NCBI GenBank assembly: GCA_027484405.1
Contig: JAIXTA010000139.1
Span: forward strand, 3,930 to 67,929
DNA: 64,000 nt
Direction: 5' to 3'
DNA from: Burkholderiales bacterium
Lineage (GTDB): Bacteria > Pseudomonadota > Gammaproteobacteria > Burkholderiales > Burkholderiaceae_C
The notes below the pieces were generated by a model, which was not told where the DNA came from, made no database searches, and was given only the letters and a program-made list of their open reading frames with translations. A program made the translations under genes and the position numbers. Shown here piece by piece: positions 52,342 through 62,500 of the stretch (position 1 is its first letter; each line of letters begins with the position of its first letter).

Positions 52342-53073
52342 TTATTCCATGCGGGTTCCCACGTGCAGCGCAGTCACGCCAAGGGTCAGGTTGAAATGGT
52401 GAACCCTTGCAAAACCGGCCTCGCGCATCATGCCGGCCAGGGTCTCCTGGTCCGGGTGCATGCGGATCGACTCGGCCAGGTACTTGTAGCTCTGCGCGTC
52501 GCCCGCCACCTTCTGGCCCAGCCAGGGCAGGACCTTGAAAGAGTAGACGTCGTAGGCCTTGGCCAGCGGCGGCGCGACCTTGCTGAACTCCAGCACAAGC
52601 AGCTGCCCGCCCGGGGCGAGCACGCGGTGCATCTCGGCCAGCGCACGCTCCTTGTGCGTCATGTTGCGCAAGCCGAAGGCGACGGTCACCCGATCGAAAG
52701 TCCGGTCCGGGAAGGGCAGCTGTTCGGCATCGGCCTGCGCCACGGGCAGGATCTGGCCGCGGTCCAGCAGGCGATCACGTCCCACCGCCAGCATTGAGGC
52801 GTTGATGTCTGTGAGCCAGACCTGGCCGGTCGGGCCGACGCGTTCGGCAAATGCACTCGCAAGATCGCCGGTGCCGCCGGCGATGTCGAGCACCTTCATG
52901 CCCGGGCGGATCCCCGCCACCTCGATCGTGAACTTCTTCCAGACGCGGTGCAGACCGGCCGACATGAGGTCATTCATGACGTCGTACTTGCTGGCCACCG
53001 AGTGAAACACCCCGGCAACCTTGCCGGCCTTCTCGGTCTCGTCGACCTGCTCAAACCCAAAGTGCGTCTTCAA
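52342..53073 (-). CDS. ubiE: Ubiquinone/menaquinone C-methyltransferase
   Basis: [49 protein letters not shown] 53073 has GGAGG upstream and overlaps the DUF971 stop (TTGA). Confidence 0.96.
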   Translation of the reverse strand: MKTHFGFEQVDETEKAGKVAGVFHSVASKYDVMNDLMSAGLHRVWKKFTIEVAGIRPGMKVLDIAGGTGDLASAFAERVGPTGQVWLTDINASMLAVGRDRLLDRGQILPVAQADAEQLPFPDRTFDRVTVAFGLRNMTHKERALAEMHRVLAPGGQLLVLEFSKVAPPLAKAYDVYSFKVLPWLGQKVAGDAQSYKYLAESIRMHPDQETLAGMMREAGFARVHHFNLTLGVTALHVGTRME

Positions 53074-53492
53074 GCGCAACCTCCGCGTGATAGGGCCGTG
53101 AATGCACTGCCTGCAGCCAGCGGCTCGCGCGATGCGCCGGCCAGCTCAAGCCGGTTCAGGTAGTCCTGCCAGAGCGCATCGCGGTGCGCGCCCAGTTCGT
53201 AGAGATACGCCCACGAGAAGATGCCGCTGTCGTGACCGTCCGAGAACACCGGCTTGATGGCGTAGTGGCCGACGGGTTCCAGGCTCAGCACATCCACCTC
53301 GCGCTTGCCGACCTGCAGGATCTCCTGCCCTGGCCCGTGACCGCGCACTTCAGCCGACGGCGAATACACCCGCAGGAACTCGAAGCTCAGCTCGAAGCGT
53401 TGTCCGTCTGCAAACGAAATCTCCAGCACCTTGGAGGTGCCGTGCAATGTGATTGCGGTGGGAGAGGGAGTAGCGGAATCCAAGCCGGCCAT
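53070..53492 (-). CDS. DUF971 (gamma-butyrobetaine hydroxylase-like N-terminal) protein
   Basis: [35 protein letters not shown]. Confidence 0.9.
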   Translation of the reverse strand: MAGLDSATPSPTAITLHGTSKVLEISFADGQRFELSFEFLRVYSPSAEVRGHGPGQEILQVGKREVDVLSLEPVGHYAIKPVFSDGHDSGIFSWAYLYELGAHRDALWQDYLNRLELAGASREPLAAGSAFTALSRGGCA

Positions 53493-53540
53493 GGCCGGAT
53501 TGTAGGTGGGCGCCCACAATCGGCCGTGTCCGGGGTTCCG

Positions 53541-55133
53541 CTAGAAGCGAAGCTGCACTCCGGCGTGGACTCGACCGCTGTTGCGCTCCACAAGCGGCAC
53601 CTGGCTGCCGTCGATGACCCAACCATAGTCGAGCTGCGCGGCCAGCCAGTTGCTCCATGTCCAGCGCAAACCCAACCCGGCGGTGGCAAGCGTCTCCCGG
53701 GCGGTCGTGCCCGGCTGGGGGTTGAGGCGGTCGATCTGTGCGGCATCCACAAAGGCCAGCACTTTCAGCCCGCCCAACAGCACCGGTCGGCTCAGCTCAA
53801 GGCCGCCCGCCACGCCGCGGTCACCCGTGAGTGTGCGCTCTTCCAGACCACGACCGAGGCTGGCGCCGCCGAAGCCGAACTGCTCGCCGGCAATCAGCGG
53901 GTCTGCGCTGTACTGCATGCGCAACTGCCCGGACAGATCGAAGCCGGCGCCAAGCGCGTGACGGCCTTCGACACTGGCACGTGCGGCCTTCCAGTCGCGC
54001 GGTGCACCCAGCCGGTTGGCAGTGTAGGCAGCCTGCGTATTGCCGGCACCGCCACCCAGATTGGCCGCCACGTCGATCGTCGCACCAATCTCGCCCGCAC
54101 TGAAGTTCTGCTTGAGTGCATAGCCGAGGCTGAACGGCCGGCTGCGCACATCCGGACTCAACTGTCCGGCGCCGCGCAGTTCCGTGCCTTCGAACAGCTT
54201 GTCCTCGACGGCCAATGTGAGGTTGTGCTTGACCTCGCCCAGGGGCGGCAGGCTCTGGGTCCAGCTCAGTCCGGCAGCGCGCCCCTTGCCGGTGATGTCG
54301 AGTCCGGGACCCAGCACGCCCGAGCTGGCCGACGAATCGGTGTAGTACAGGGCAGCCGTGCCGCCCACGCCGTAGAAGGGCTTGCGGGCCTGCAGCCCGA
54401 ACTGGCGGACATCCGACCGCTCGGGTGCCACGGATGCGGACACCACGAGGCTCTCGTCACCTCCCAGCAGGTTGTAGTGGGCCAGCGCCGCGGTCACGCG
54501 CGAGCGTGTGGAGTCCTTGGTGCCGGCGTTGGACGCGGCCAGCACAGCACTCCAGGGGCGCGTGTCCTCGACGCGCAGATTCGCATCCACGGTGTCTGGC
54601 GCCTTGCCCTCGCGAAAGCCGACCACCACGCGCTTCGCCGGACTCTCGTTGGCCACGGAGATCTCGCGGGCGAGGCTCTGCAGGTTCGGGGTCTGCCCGG
54701 GCTGCAAGGCCGGCAGACTGGCGCGGATGTTGGACTCGTCGAAGTGCTTGTTGCCCTGCACCAGCACCTGACCGACCGAAAAGCGCACGATCTGCAGACG
54801 CACGGTCGACTGAAGGGTCTGTGCAGGCAGAACCACGCGGTACAAGCCCCATCCGGCTTCCTGGAGCGCGCCCTCAAGCGCCTTGGCTGCGCCCTGCAGG
54901 CGCTCGAGCGCCTGGGTATCGCCGCTAACCGGGCCGGTGAATGGCTGCAGCAGGCGCTGCGTACGCGCTTCACCGAGCGGGTTGCTCCCTTCGACACGGA
55001 AGTCCTTGATCGTGATGGCGCCTGGCGCGGATGCCTGCGCATGGACCGAATGCAACGCGCCCAGGCCGAGCAGACCTGCCAGCGCCAGCTCGGCTGCGAG
55101 TCTTCGGGGACGAATGGTGCTTGAAGTCGTCAT
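53541..55133 (-). CDS. TpsB (ShlB/FhaC/HecB-family) outer-membrane transporter
   Basis: Signal peptide, POTRA-like FRVEGS...GNKHF...LP.L..G, beta-barrel, C-terminal HAGVQLRF. Confidence 0.9.
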   Translation of the reverse strand: MTTSSTIRPRRLAAELALAGLLGLGALHSVHAQASAPGAITIKDFRVEGSNPLGEARTQRLLQPFTGPVSGDTQALERLQGAAKALEGALQEAGWGLYRVVLPAQTLQSTVRLQIVRFSVGQVLVQGNKHFDESNIRASLPALQPGQTPNLQSLAREISVANESPAKRVVVGFREGKAPDTVDANLRVEDTRPWSAVLAASNAGTKDSTRSRVTAALAHYNLLGGDESLVVSASVAPERSDVRQFGLQARKPFYGVGGTAALYYTDSSASSGVLGPGLDITGKGRAAGLSWTQSLPPLGEVKHNLTLAVEDKLFEGTELRGAGQLSPDVRSRPFSLGYALKQNFSAGEIGATIDVAANLGGGAGNTQAAYTANRLGAPRDWKAARASVEGRHALGAGFDLSGQLRMQYSADPLIAGEQFGFGGASLGRGLEERTLTGDRGVAGGLELSRPVLLGGLKVLAFVDAAQIDRLNPQPGTTARETLATAGLGLRWTWSNWLAAQLDYGWVIDGSQVPLVERNSGRVHAGVQLRF

Positions 55134-56533
55134 GGTGTGCAGACATTCCGGTTGTCCAGCCCGCTGTTTGAGAACAGCGAACCGATGTCATTGGGCAGGC
55201 TGTCGCCGGGCAGGGGGGTGCCGTCGAAGGCGATGCCACGCGGCACGACGCCCGGGCGCACCACGATGCGACCGTCGGTGTATCCGACCTCGCCCGCGCC
55301 CAGATCAATGAAACGATCGCCGGTCTGGATGCGGATGTGGCCGTCGCGCACCTGCACGTACAGGCCTTCGGCGTCCGGATCGACGTCCGCGGTGCCGAAC
55401 AGGGTGTCGAAGTCGACCTGCACGCCGTCCGGCCGGGTGAGCTCATCGGGCACGATGCGGCACTGCGTGGTCTTGTCTTCCACTGTGCAGACGCCCACAC
55501 CGACTTCAATCTGCCGGTCGCCGATCTGCACCACGACCAGCCCGTCCCAAGTCTGCACCCGCGTGCCGCCCGGTTCGACGAAGATGTCCATGCCCGTGCC
55601 GCGCACCCCGATGGTGGCGGTCGCGGTACGGAAGCTCACGTTCGCAGGCTGCGCCTTGCCCACAAGGCCGGTGAACGCGCGCAGGCCGCCCTGGAGCAGG
55701 TTGGCGACGAAGCGGCCCTCACGGGGCTGCTTGGGGTCGAACACGAAGTCGGTCACCCGAAACTGCGTGCTCGAGGCCAGCGTGACCTTGGACTCGTCGC
55801 GAAACGCCAGAATGGCGATGCTGCGCTCGGCTGTCACCACCGTATCGCCGGGGTATACCGGCCCGCCTTCCGCAAGAATCCGCGAGCGACCGGAGGCATC
55901 GCGCGCGGTCAGATCGCCACGCATGCGCACCACCCGTGCCGCAGCCACGACCCGATTGCGCGGCGCAGCCCGCTCGGCTGCGCTGCCGGCCGCTGCGGCC
56001 GCCGGGCGCGCGCTGGCACAGTCCCGCTCGCAGAGTCGCGCGTCGAAATCCGTGCCGCGGATGCCCAGCGTCGCAGTGGCCGTGCGCACCTGCGACGTGC
56101 CGGGTCCCGCCTTGGCGATCAGGCCGGTCACTGCACGAAAGCCGCCCTTGAGCAGACCGAGCACCATGCTTGACTCCGCAGGGCGCGCTGCGACATAGCG
56201 CACCGTCTCCAGGACCAACTGGCTGTTGGGCCTCATGGTCATGCGCGTGCCATCATTGAGCAGGATCAGCGCGATGCCGTCCGACCCCGTGCTGATGCGA
56301 TCACCTTCGTTGAGTTGCAGCCCGCGCCCGCCGATCTGAACCGGACCGCGAACAGGCTGCACTGTCACCACACCGCGCGCACCGTCAATTCGTCCGGCGC
56401 CCGCCGGGGTCTGTGCCTGCGTGGCGCCCGACAGGCCGAGCAGCAGGGCAAGCGCCACCGCCAGCATCGATGCCAGCAATGCCCGCGCGCTCATCCACGC
56501 CATGACGGCAGAGGCCTTACTTGGAGCAGACAT
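55130..56533 (-). CDS. Secreted protein with two tandem FecR domains
   Basis: Signal peptide; two units (LNEGDRIST...LLKGGFRAVTG...TATATLGIRGT and VYPGDTVVT...LLQGGLRAFTG...TATATIGVRGT). Start 56533 or 56503. Confidence 0.82.
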   Translation of the reverse strand: MSAPSKASAVMAWMSARALLASMLAVALALLLGLSGATQAQTPAGAGRIDGARGVVTVQPVRGPVQIGGRGLQLNEGDRISTGSDGIALILLNDGTRMTMRPNSQLVLETVRYVAARPAESSMVLGLLKGGFRAVTGLIAKAGPGTSQVRTATATLGIRGTDFDARLCERDCASARPAAAAAGSAAERAAPRNRVVAAARVVRMRGDLTARDASGRSRILAEGGPVYPGDTVVTAERSIAILAFRDESKVTLASSTQFRVTDFVFDPKQPREGRFVANLLQGGLRAFTGLVGKAQPANVSFRTATATIGVRGTGMDIFVEPGGTRVQTWDGLVVVQIGDRQIEVGVGVCTVEDKTTQCRIVPDELTRPDGVQVDFDTLFGTADVDPDAEGLYVQVRDGHIRIQTGDRFIDLGAGEVGYTDGRIVVRPGVVPRGIAFDGTPLPGDSLPNDIGSLFSNSGLDNRNVCTP

Positions 56534-59500
56534 CGTAGGTCTCCGTGGGTGCATTGCCGGGCAGGTTGCTGCCAAAGCCGGTCGGCAGGAAGGGTGTGGA
56601 CGGCAGGCCGAGCGCCACCAGGATGTTCTGGATCACCGAGGGGTCGACCGGGGCACGGCTCAGGGTCGCCACACCGGCGTCCGTTCGGCCGTTCGTGAGT
56701 GCGTCATTGGGCGCCTGGCCCACACGGAAGCCGGCCGGCAGGTTGGGGGAATTGACGCCCAGGATCAGGGCGTCTGCGTTGGTTCCCGTCCCCGGACTCA
56801 GGCGCAGGTTGCCGCTGGGACTGACCCTGACCGTCACGGTCTGGCCGATCGCCGCCGCATAGCCGCCGTTGCCCTGACCGCTGATCAGGACGTTGCCGCC
56901 ATCGGCAATGAGCTGAGTCGAGTTGCTGTTGAGACTGCCGACCTGCGCGTAGGCATCGACACCCGTGCCCGCCAGAAGCGAGATGTCGCCGGAGGTCGTG
57001 GTCAGCGATACGCTGCTTCCGTCCGGAGTGGGCGCGCTTGCAGCCACGCCGGACACGTTGCCCGGCGACTTGGTGACCGAAGCGGCATTGGCCGCCGAGA
57101 TCAGGACGTTCGCATTGGCTCCCGCACCACCCAGCACGGTGATGCCGCTTGCGGCGAGCAGGCTCACGGATGCGGGATTGGCCGCATTTCCCAGGGCACT
57201 GATTCGCGTGCTGGCGCCTGCCGCGTTGCCGCCGAGCACATCGAGCGTGGTGCCGGCGCGCAGACTGATCGCACCCGCCGTGCTCGACACCGAGGTTGCA
57301 AATCCGCCCGCGCTGTCGCCCACGCTCAGCGCGCCTCGCGTGGAGACGGCGTTGATCGAGGCGCCACTGACCGCAAGCGCGCCGCTGCCCGCCGCATCGC
57401 CGATGCGCAGCGTCCCATCCGCGCGCAGATCCATCGCCCCGGCCGCCGATACGGCATTGCCGTTGCCGCGTACCGTCAGATTCCCGCCGGTGGACTCGAT
57501 CCGCGCGCCTCCAGTGCGCGCCTGCGTGCCGCCAAGCACCAGCACATCGCCTGTCGACGCAAGGTCGAGACTGGCGCCACGCAGCGCGACGAGATTGCCG
57601 GCCGCATCAAGCGCGCCCACAGTGAATGCGCCCGTGGAGCGCGCCAGCACGGCGCCGCCTGCGCTGCCACCGAGCGCGCCCAAGCGGTTGTCGGCACGGC
57701 TGAAGTCGATCCCGCCGCCGGCATTCGCGATGACGCGCTGCGCTGTGATCGCGCCGGATTGCGAGATCGCGCCGCCCGCACCCAAGCCCACACGATCCGC
57801 TGCGCTGATCGCGACACGCAGGTCATTGGCGTCCGCCAGATCGACGTTGGACCCCGTGGCCGAAACGGTGCCGACGAAGTCGTTGCCTGCATTGGTCAGC
57901 GCGATGGCACTGCCGGCCGCGTTGAGTGTGCTCGTTCCGCCGACAGTCAGCGCAGCCGTCTGCGTCATCGCGCCGGCGGCGTTGGCGATCAGATTGCCGG
58001 TGACCGAACCCGCAAGGCTCAATGCCCCGCCGGCGTTGATCGTCGCCGTGCTTGCGTTGAGCACGGTCGACAGGGCGTTGGCGTCCGTGATCTGCACGGT
58101 GCCGCCCGTCAGCGTGGTCAGGCCGGAGAAGTTGTTGGCGGCATTGGTCAAGGTGATGCTGTTGCTGCCGGCGTTGACGTTTGCCGTGCCGCCTACCGTC
58201 AGCGCTGCTGTCTGGGTGACCGCACCGCCGGCTGTGCTGGCCAGGTTGCTGCCGACGCTCAGGCTGCCCAGGCTCAGCGCGGCGGAAGTGGTCGTCAGTG
58301 CGCCTGACGTCGTGCCGCTGACCGTCAATGCCCCGCCAGCGCTCAGCGTCGCGCTGGCCGCCGTCAAGTTGGCCGTCAAGGCATTGGTGTCCGACAGTTG
58401 CACCGTGCTCCCGCTGACGGTGACCGTGCCGACGAAGTTGTTGGCCGCATTGTTCAGGGTCACGGCATTGCCGGCGGCCGACAGGCTGGTGCTCCCTGCG
58501 ACGGCCAGCGCGCCGGTCTGCGTCACCGCACCCGTCGCGGTCACATTCAAGGCACCGCCGACCGTGGTGGCGCCAAAGGTGGTCGCCACGGCCTGGGTGC
58601 TCAGTGTGTTGGCAACGCTGCCGGTCACACCCAGGTTGCCACCCGCGTTCAAGCTCGCACTCGTCGCATTGAGCGTCGTGTTCAGTGCGTTGGCATCGCG
58701 CAGCTGCACGGTGCCGCCGGTGACATTGACCAGGCCGCCGAAGTCATTGCCGGCGTTGCCCAGGGTCACGGTGCCTGTGCCGGCATTGAGCGTTGCAGCG
58801 CCCGCCACGCTGAGGGCGGTACCGGCCTGCTGCGAGATGGCTGCGCCCCCACTGTCGGCCTGCAAGGTGCCGGCGCTCAGATTGCCGAAGCCCAGTACGC
58901 CGGCGGACTGCACGCTGAGCGCGCCGCTCAGCGTGCCGTCCACCGTGAGCGCACCGCCCGTCTGGATCACGGCATCGACGTTCGCACGCTCGATGGTCGC
59001 GCTCAGCCCCGGCTGGGTGGTGTTGGTGTACCGGATGCGTTCGCCGGCCAGCACAACACTGCCGGCCCGGTTGGCTGCGTTCTGAAGAAGTACGTCGCCC
59101 GCGGTGCTCCGGGCCTGCAACTGGCCACTGCCCAGATCCAGCGCGCTGGTCTGCGTCACCGAGCCACTCAGAGCCGTCAAGGCCAGGGTGCTGAACGGGG
59201 TATTGCCCAGCGTCACGGCGCCCGAGCCGTTGACCGCCACATTCGACCCGCTCAAGCGCAGGGTTCGACCCTGCATGCGCGACCATTCGTCGGCATGCAG
59301 GATCAGTCCGCTGGTGGCATCTTCTGCACCGCCGTACACCGAGGTATCGCTGCTCAGGTTGGCTCGCACCGTGGGGGCGTAGCCCGCGCCGAACGCGCGC
59401 AGGGTGTCCGATGCAAAGCCAGCATCCGATGTGCCGATGTCAATCAATCCCGCGGTGCCGCGCGCATCGAGAATCGTGGACTGCTGACTGCTGGCCGAGA

Positions 59501-62500
59501 AACGGTCTGCACGGATCGCGATCGAATCGCCCAGCACGGCTTCGCCGATGTCGATGCCCGTTCCCGGGGCGGCGGCGATGCGGACGGCGCCCGTCGCGTC
59601 GAGGTCGCTGCCGCCGTAGAAGTTCTGCCAGCCCAGCACCATGCGCCGGTCGCCGTCGAACCACAAAAAGCCGCTTGCCGCCAGATCAAGGTTGCCCAGC
59701 ACCGTCCCGCGCACCACCCCGAGGGCATTTGCTGCACTGGCAAGACTCACGGAACCAGCCGAATCAAGGTTGAGCTGCGGCGTGACCAGCGTGCCGCCGG
59801 TCTGTTGAGTGACACCCGCCGCGCCTGCGCGCAGCCTGACCTGGCCGAGGAATGAGGTTCCCGGACTCGCATCCGACACGGTGCGCAGATCGCTCGATCC
59901 CTGAACGCGCAGGATCGACGTGCCACCGAGAAGAATGCCGGTGGACGGTGGTCCGCCGACTCGACCGCCGTAGTACGACAGATCGATGGACCCGCCGCTT
60001 CCGCGCAGGCCGTTGTAGACCGTCGTGCGGAGTACCGGATCGGTCTGCCCGCCGCCGCTGGCGTCCAGGGTGCCATCGATGCGGATGTCGTCCGCGGTCA
60101 CATTGATGAAGCCGCCGCCGCCGGCCTGCGTACCGCTGACGGTTGCGCCTTGACCGACTGCGCCACCACGCGCAGACAGCAAGCCGCCCTGCTGCACCGT
60201 GAAGGCGGTGCCGGTGAAGCTGGAGATGTTGATCCCGCCGCCGCTGCCGCCGAAGCCGGATTCGCTTGCGCCGCCTTCCACGGTGATGGATCCGGTGCTG
60301 CCGATCGTGCTCACGCTGCCCAAGCTGCCACTGAAGGTGCCGCCGCTGCCGCCGGAACCGCTCTGGACAGTGTTCGGGTTGGTGCCCGCTGCACCACCCC
60401 GCAGATTGCCTGCGGCGCCTGCAGCGCCGCCCGCGCCACCGTCAGCGCGGATGCTGCCATTGAGCGTGAAGCTGCCGCTGGTGCTGACAGCAACGAATCC
60501 GCCCGTGCCGCCCGAGCCGCCATTGCCGCCGGCTCCCGGGGTCAATGCCGACACGGCCAGCGGGTTGACGTTGCCACCCTGCCCGCCCGTGCCGCCGTTG
60601 CCCCCCGACGCATTGATGTTGAACGCGCCTGCGATGTTCGCGTCACGGGCGCTTACGTACAGGTTGCCGCCCAGCCCGCCGGCCTGACCGGCCGCGCCAC
60701 TGGTCGGCGGCGATTCAGGCGCAGGAAACGCGACAAAGGAGATCGTGCCGTTGTTGCCCGCCGACCCCGCGCCGCCGTCACCCCCCTGCAGGTTGATCGA
60801 CCCGCGCACGAGATTCACGCTGCCGCTGAAGGCCTGGAGCGACAGCGTGCCGCCACTGCCACCGACCTGGCCGGTCGCACCGGCCTGGCCGCGTGCATAC
60901 ACGTCCGCCTCGAGGCTGATCGAGCCGTTGCTGGAACTCAGTGAGAGGCTGCCGCCGTTGGCCGGGTTGTTGAGCTGCTGGCCAACGTCGATGCGCGTCA
61001 GGCCGCTGAAGGCGCCGCGCTCGATCGTGATGTTGCCCTGTGCCGACCAGCTGTTGCTCTCGCCAGTCAGGATACGGCTTGCGCCGCTGACCAGCAGGCC
61101 GCCGTAGCTGACCCAGTCCGCACCGGAGTTGCTGGCATCCACGGTGGCGCCGTTGCTGCGGATCTCGATGCCGCCGGTGCCCGCATTCAGCAGTCCGGTG
61201 GTGATCGATACGCCCGAGGTGCTCGCGCCGGAGGTGTGCGTCTGCAGGCTGATGCGCCCGGTGCCGCTGGTGTAGATCGCCAGCGGGCCGCCGTAGGCAA
61301 GAAGGTTGATGCCATCGACACCACCGTACACGCTGGTGTTGGTGGCGTTGGCCGTGCGGATCGTGAAGTCGAGGTTGGCGGGCAGGCGCAGATCGTTGTT
61401 GATGAACGCACTGGTGGTGCGCACGCCGAAGTCCGCCTCGATCAGCACGTTCGCCGTGGCGCTCTCAATCACGCTTTCGCAGATGATGTTGACGCCGCCG
61501 TAGCACCCGAAGGCGCTGCCCTGGATGGTCATCTCGGCCGGGTCGATGAGCCAGGTGCCGGCACGACCGCGCGCGGCCGAGGCATCGACGCGCCCCGTCA
61601 TGTGCAGGTGCTTCTTGCCGGAGGTCTCGATGAAGCCGCCGTTGCCGCCCTGGGCGCCGCCGCGAGCGATCAGCTCGCCGTGAATGGTGGCCAGATCGGT
61701 GGCGTAGATGACCGCCGTGCCGCCGTTGCCGCGGCCGGTGGCCGACACATCCACCACCGCGCCGGCCTCCACCGTGGTGTTGCGTGCATTGGGCGTGCCG
61801 GCGTCCTGGCCGCGCAGCCCCCCGCCCACATGGACGGTGCCACCGCCCAGCTCGCCGGTGGCGCGCGTGGTCGACCCGCTGGCCAGGGTGATGTCCTGCG
61901 CCACCAGCCGCACCTCACCGCCCACGCGCTGCAGCGTGGTGGCCTCGATGGCGCCGCTGTGGCGCAGGCTGCCGGCAAAGATGCCCACGGCAGAGCCCTC
62001 GATGCGGCCGAGGTTGCGCACCTCGCCGCCGGCGGCCACCTCGAAGCGGATGCCGTCCAGCCCGCGGCCGGCCAGCTCGACGCTCTGCCCGGCGGCCAGC
62101 ACCACGGCACCGTTCGGCGCCTGGATCAGACCGTCATTGCTGACGCTGCCGCCGATGATGTAGACGTCGCCATTCTGGGCGCGCATGACGCCATCGACCT
62201 TGATCTCGCCTGAGGGCGCACCCGGCAGGCCGGCAAAGCGCAGGCGCCCGGCCTTGAAGTCTTCATTGGAGATGTCGAGCGTGGAGACCACCAGCCCGGC
62301 GGTGTCCACCATCGCACCCTGGCCGAAGACCACGCCGTTGGGGTTGACCAGGAACACGCGGCCATTCGAACCCAGCGTGCCCAGGATCTGGGACGGGTCC
62401 ACGCCCGTGACGCGGTTGAGCACCGCCGACTGCGCGTTCTGCTGGTTGAACCAAGTGACGTTGCCCACGCCAACGTTGAACTGCTGCCAGTTGATGATGG

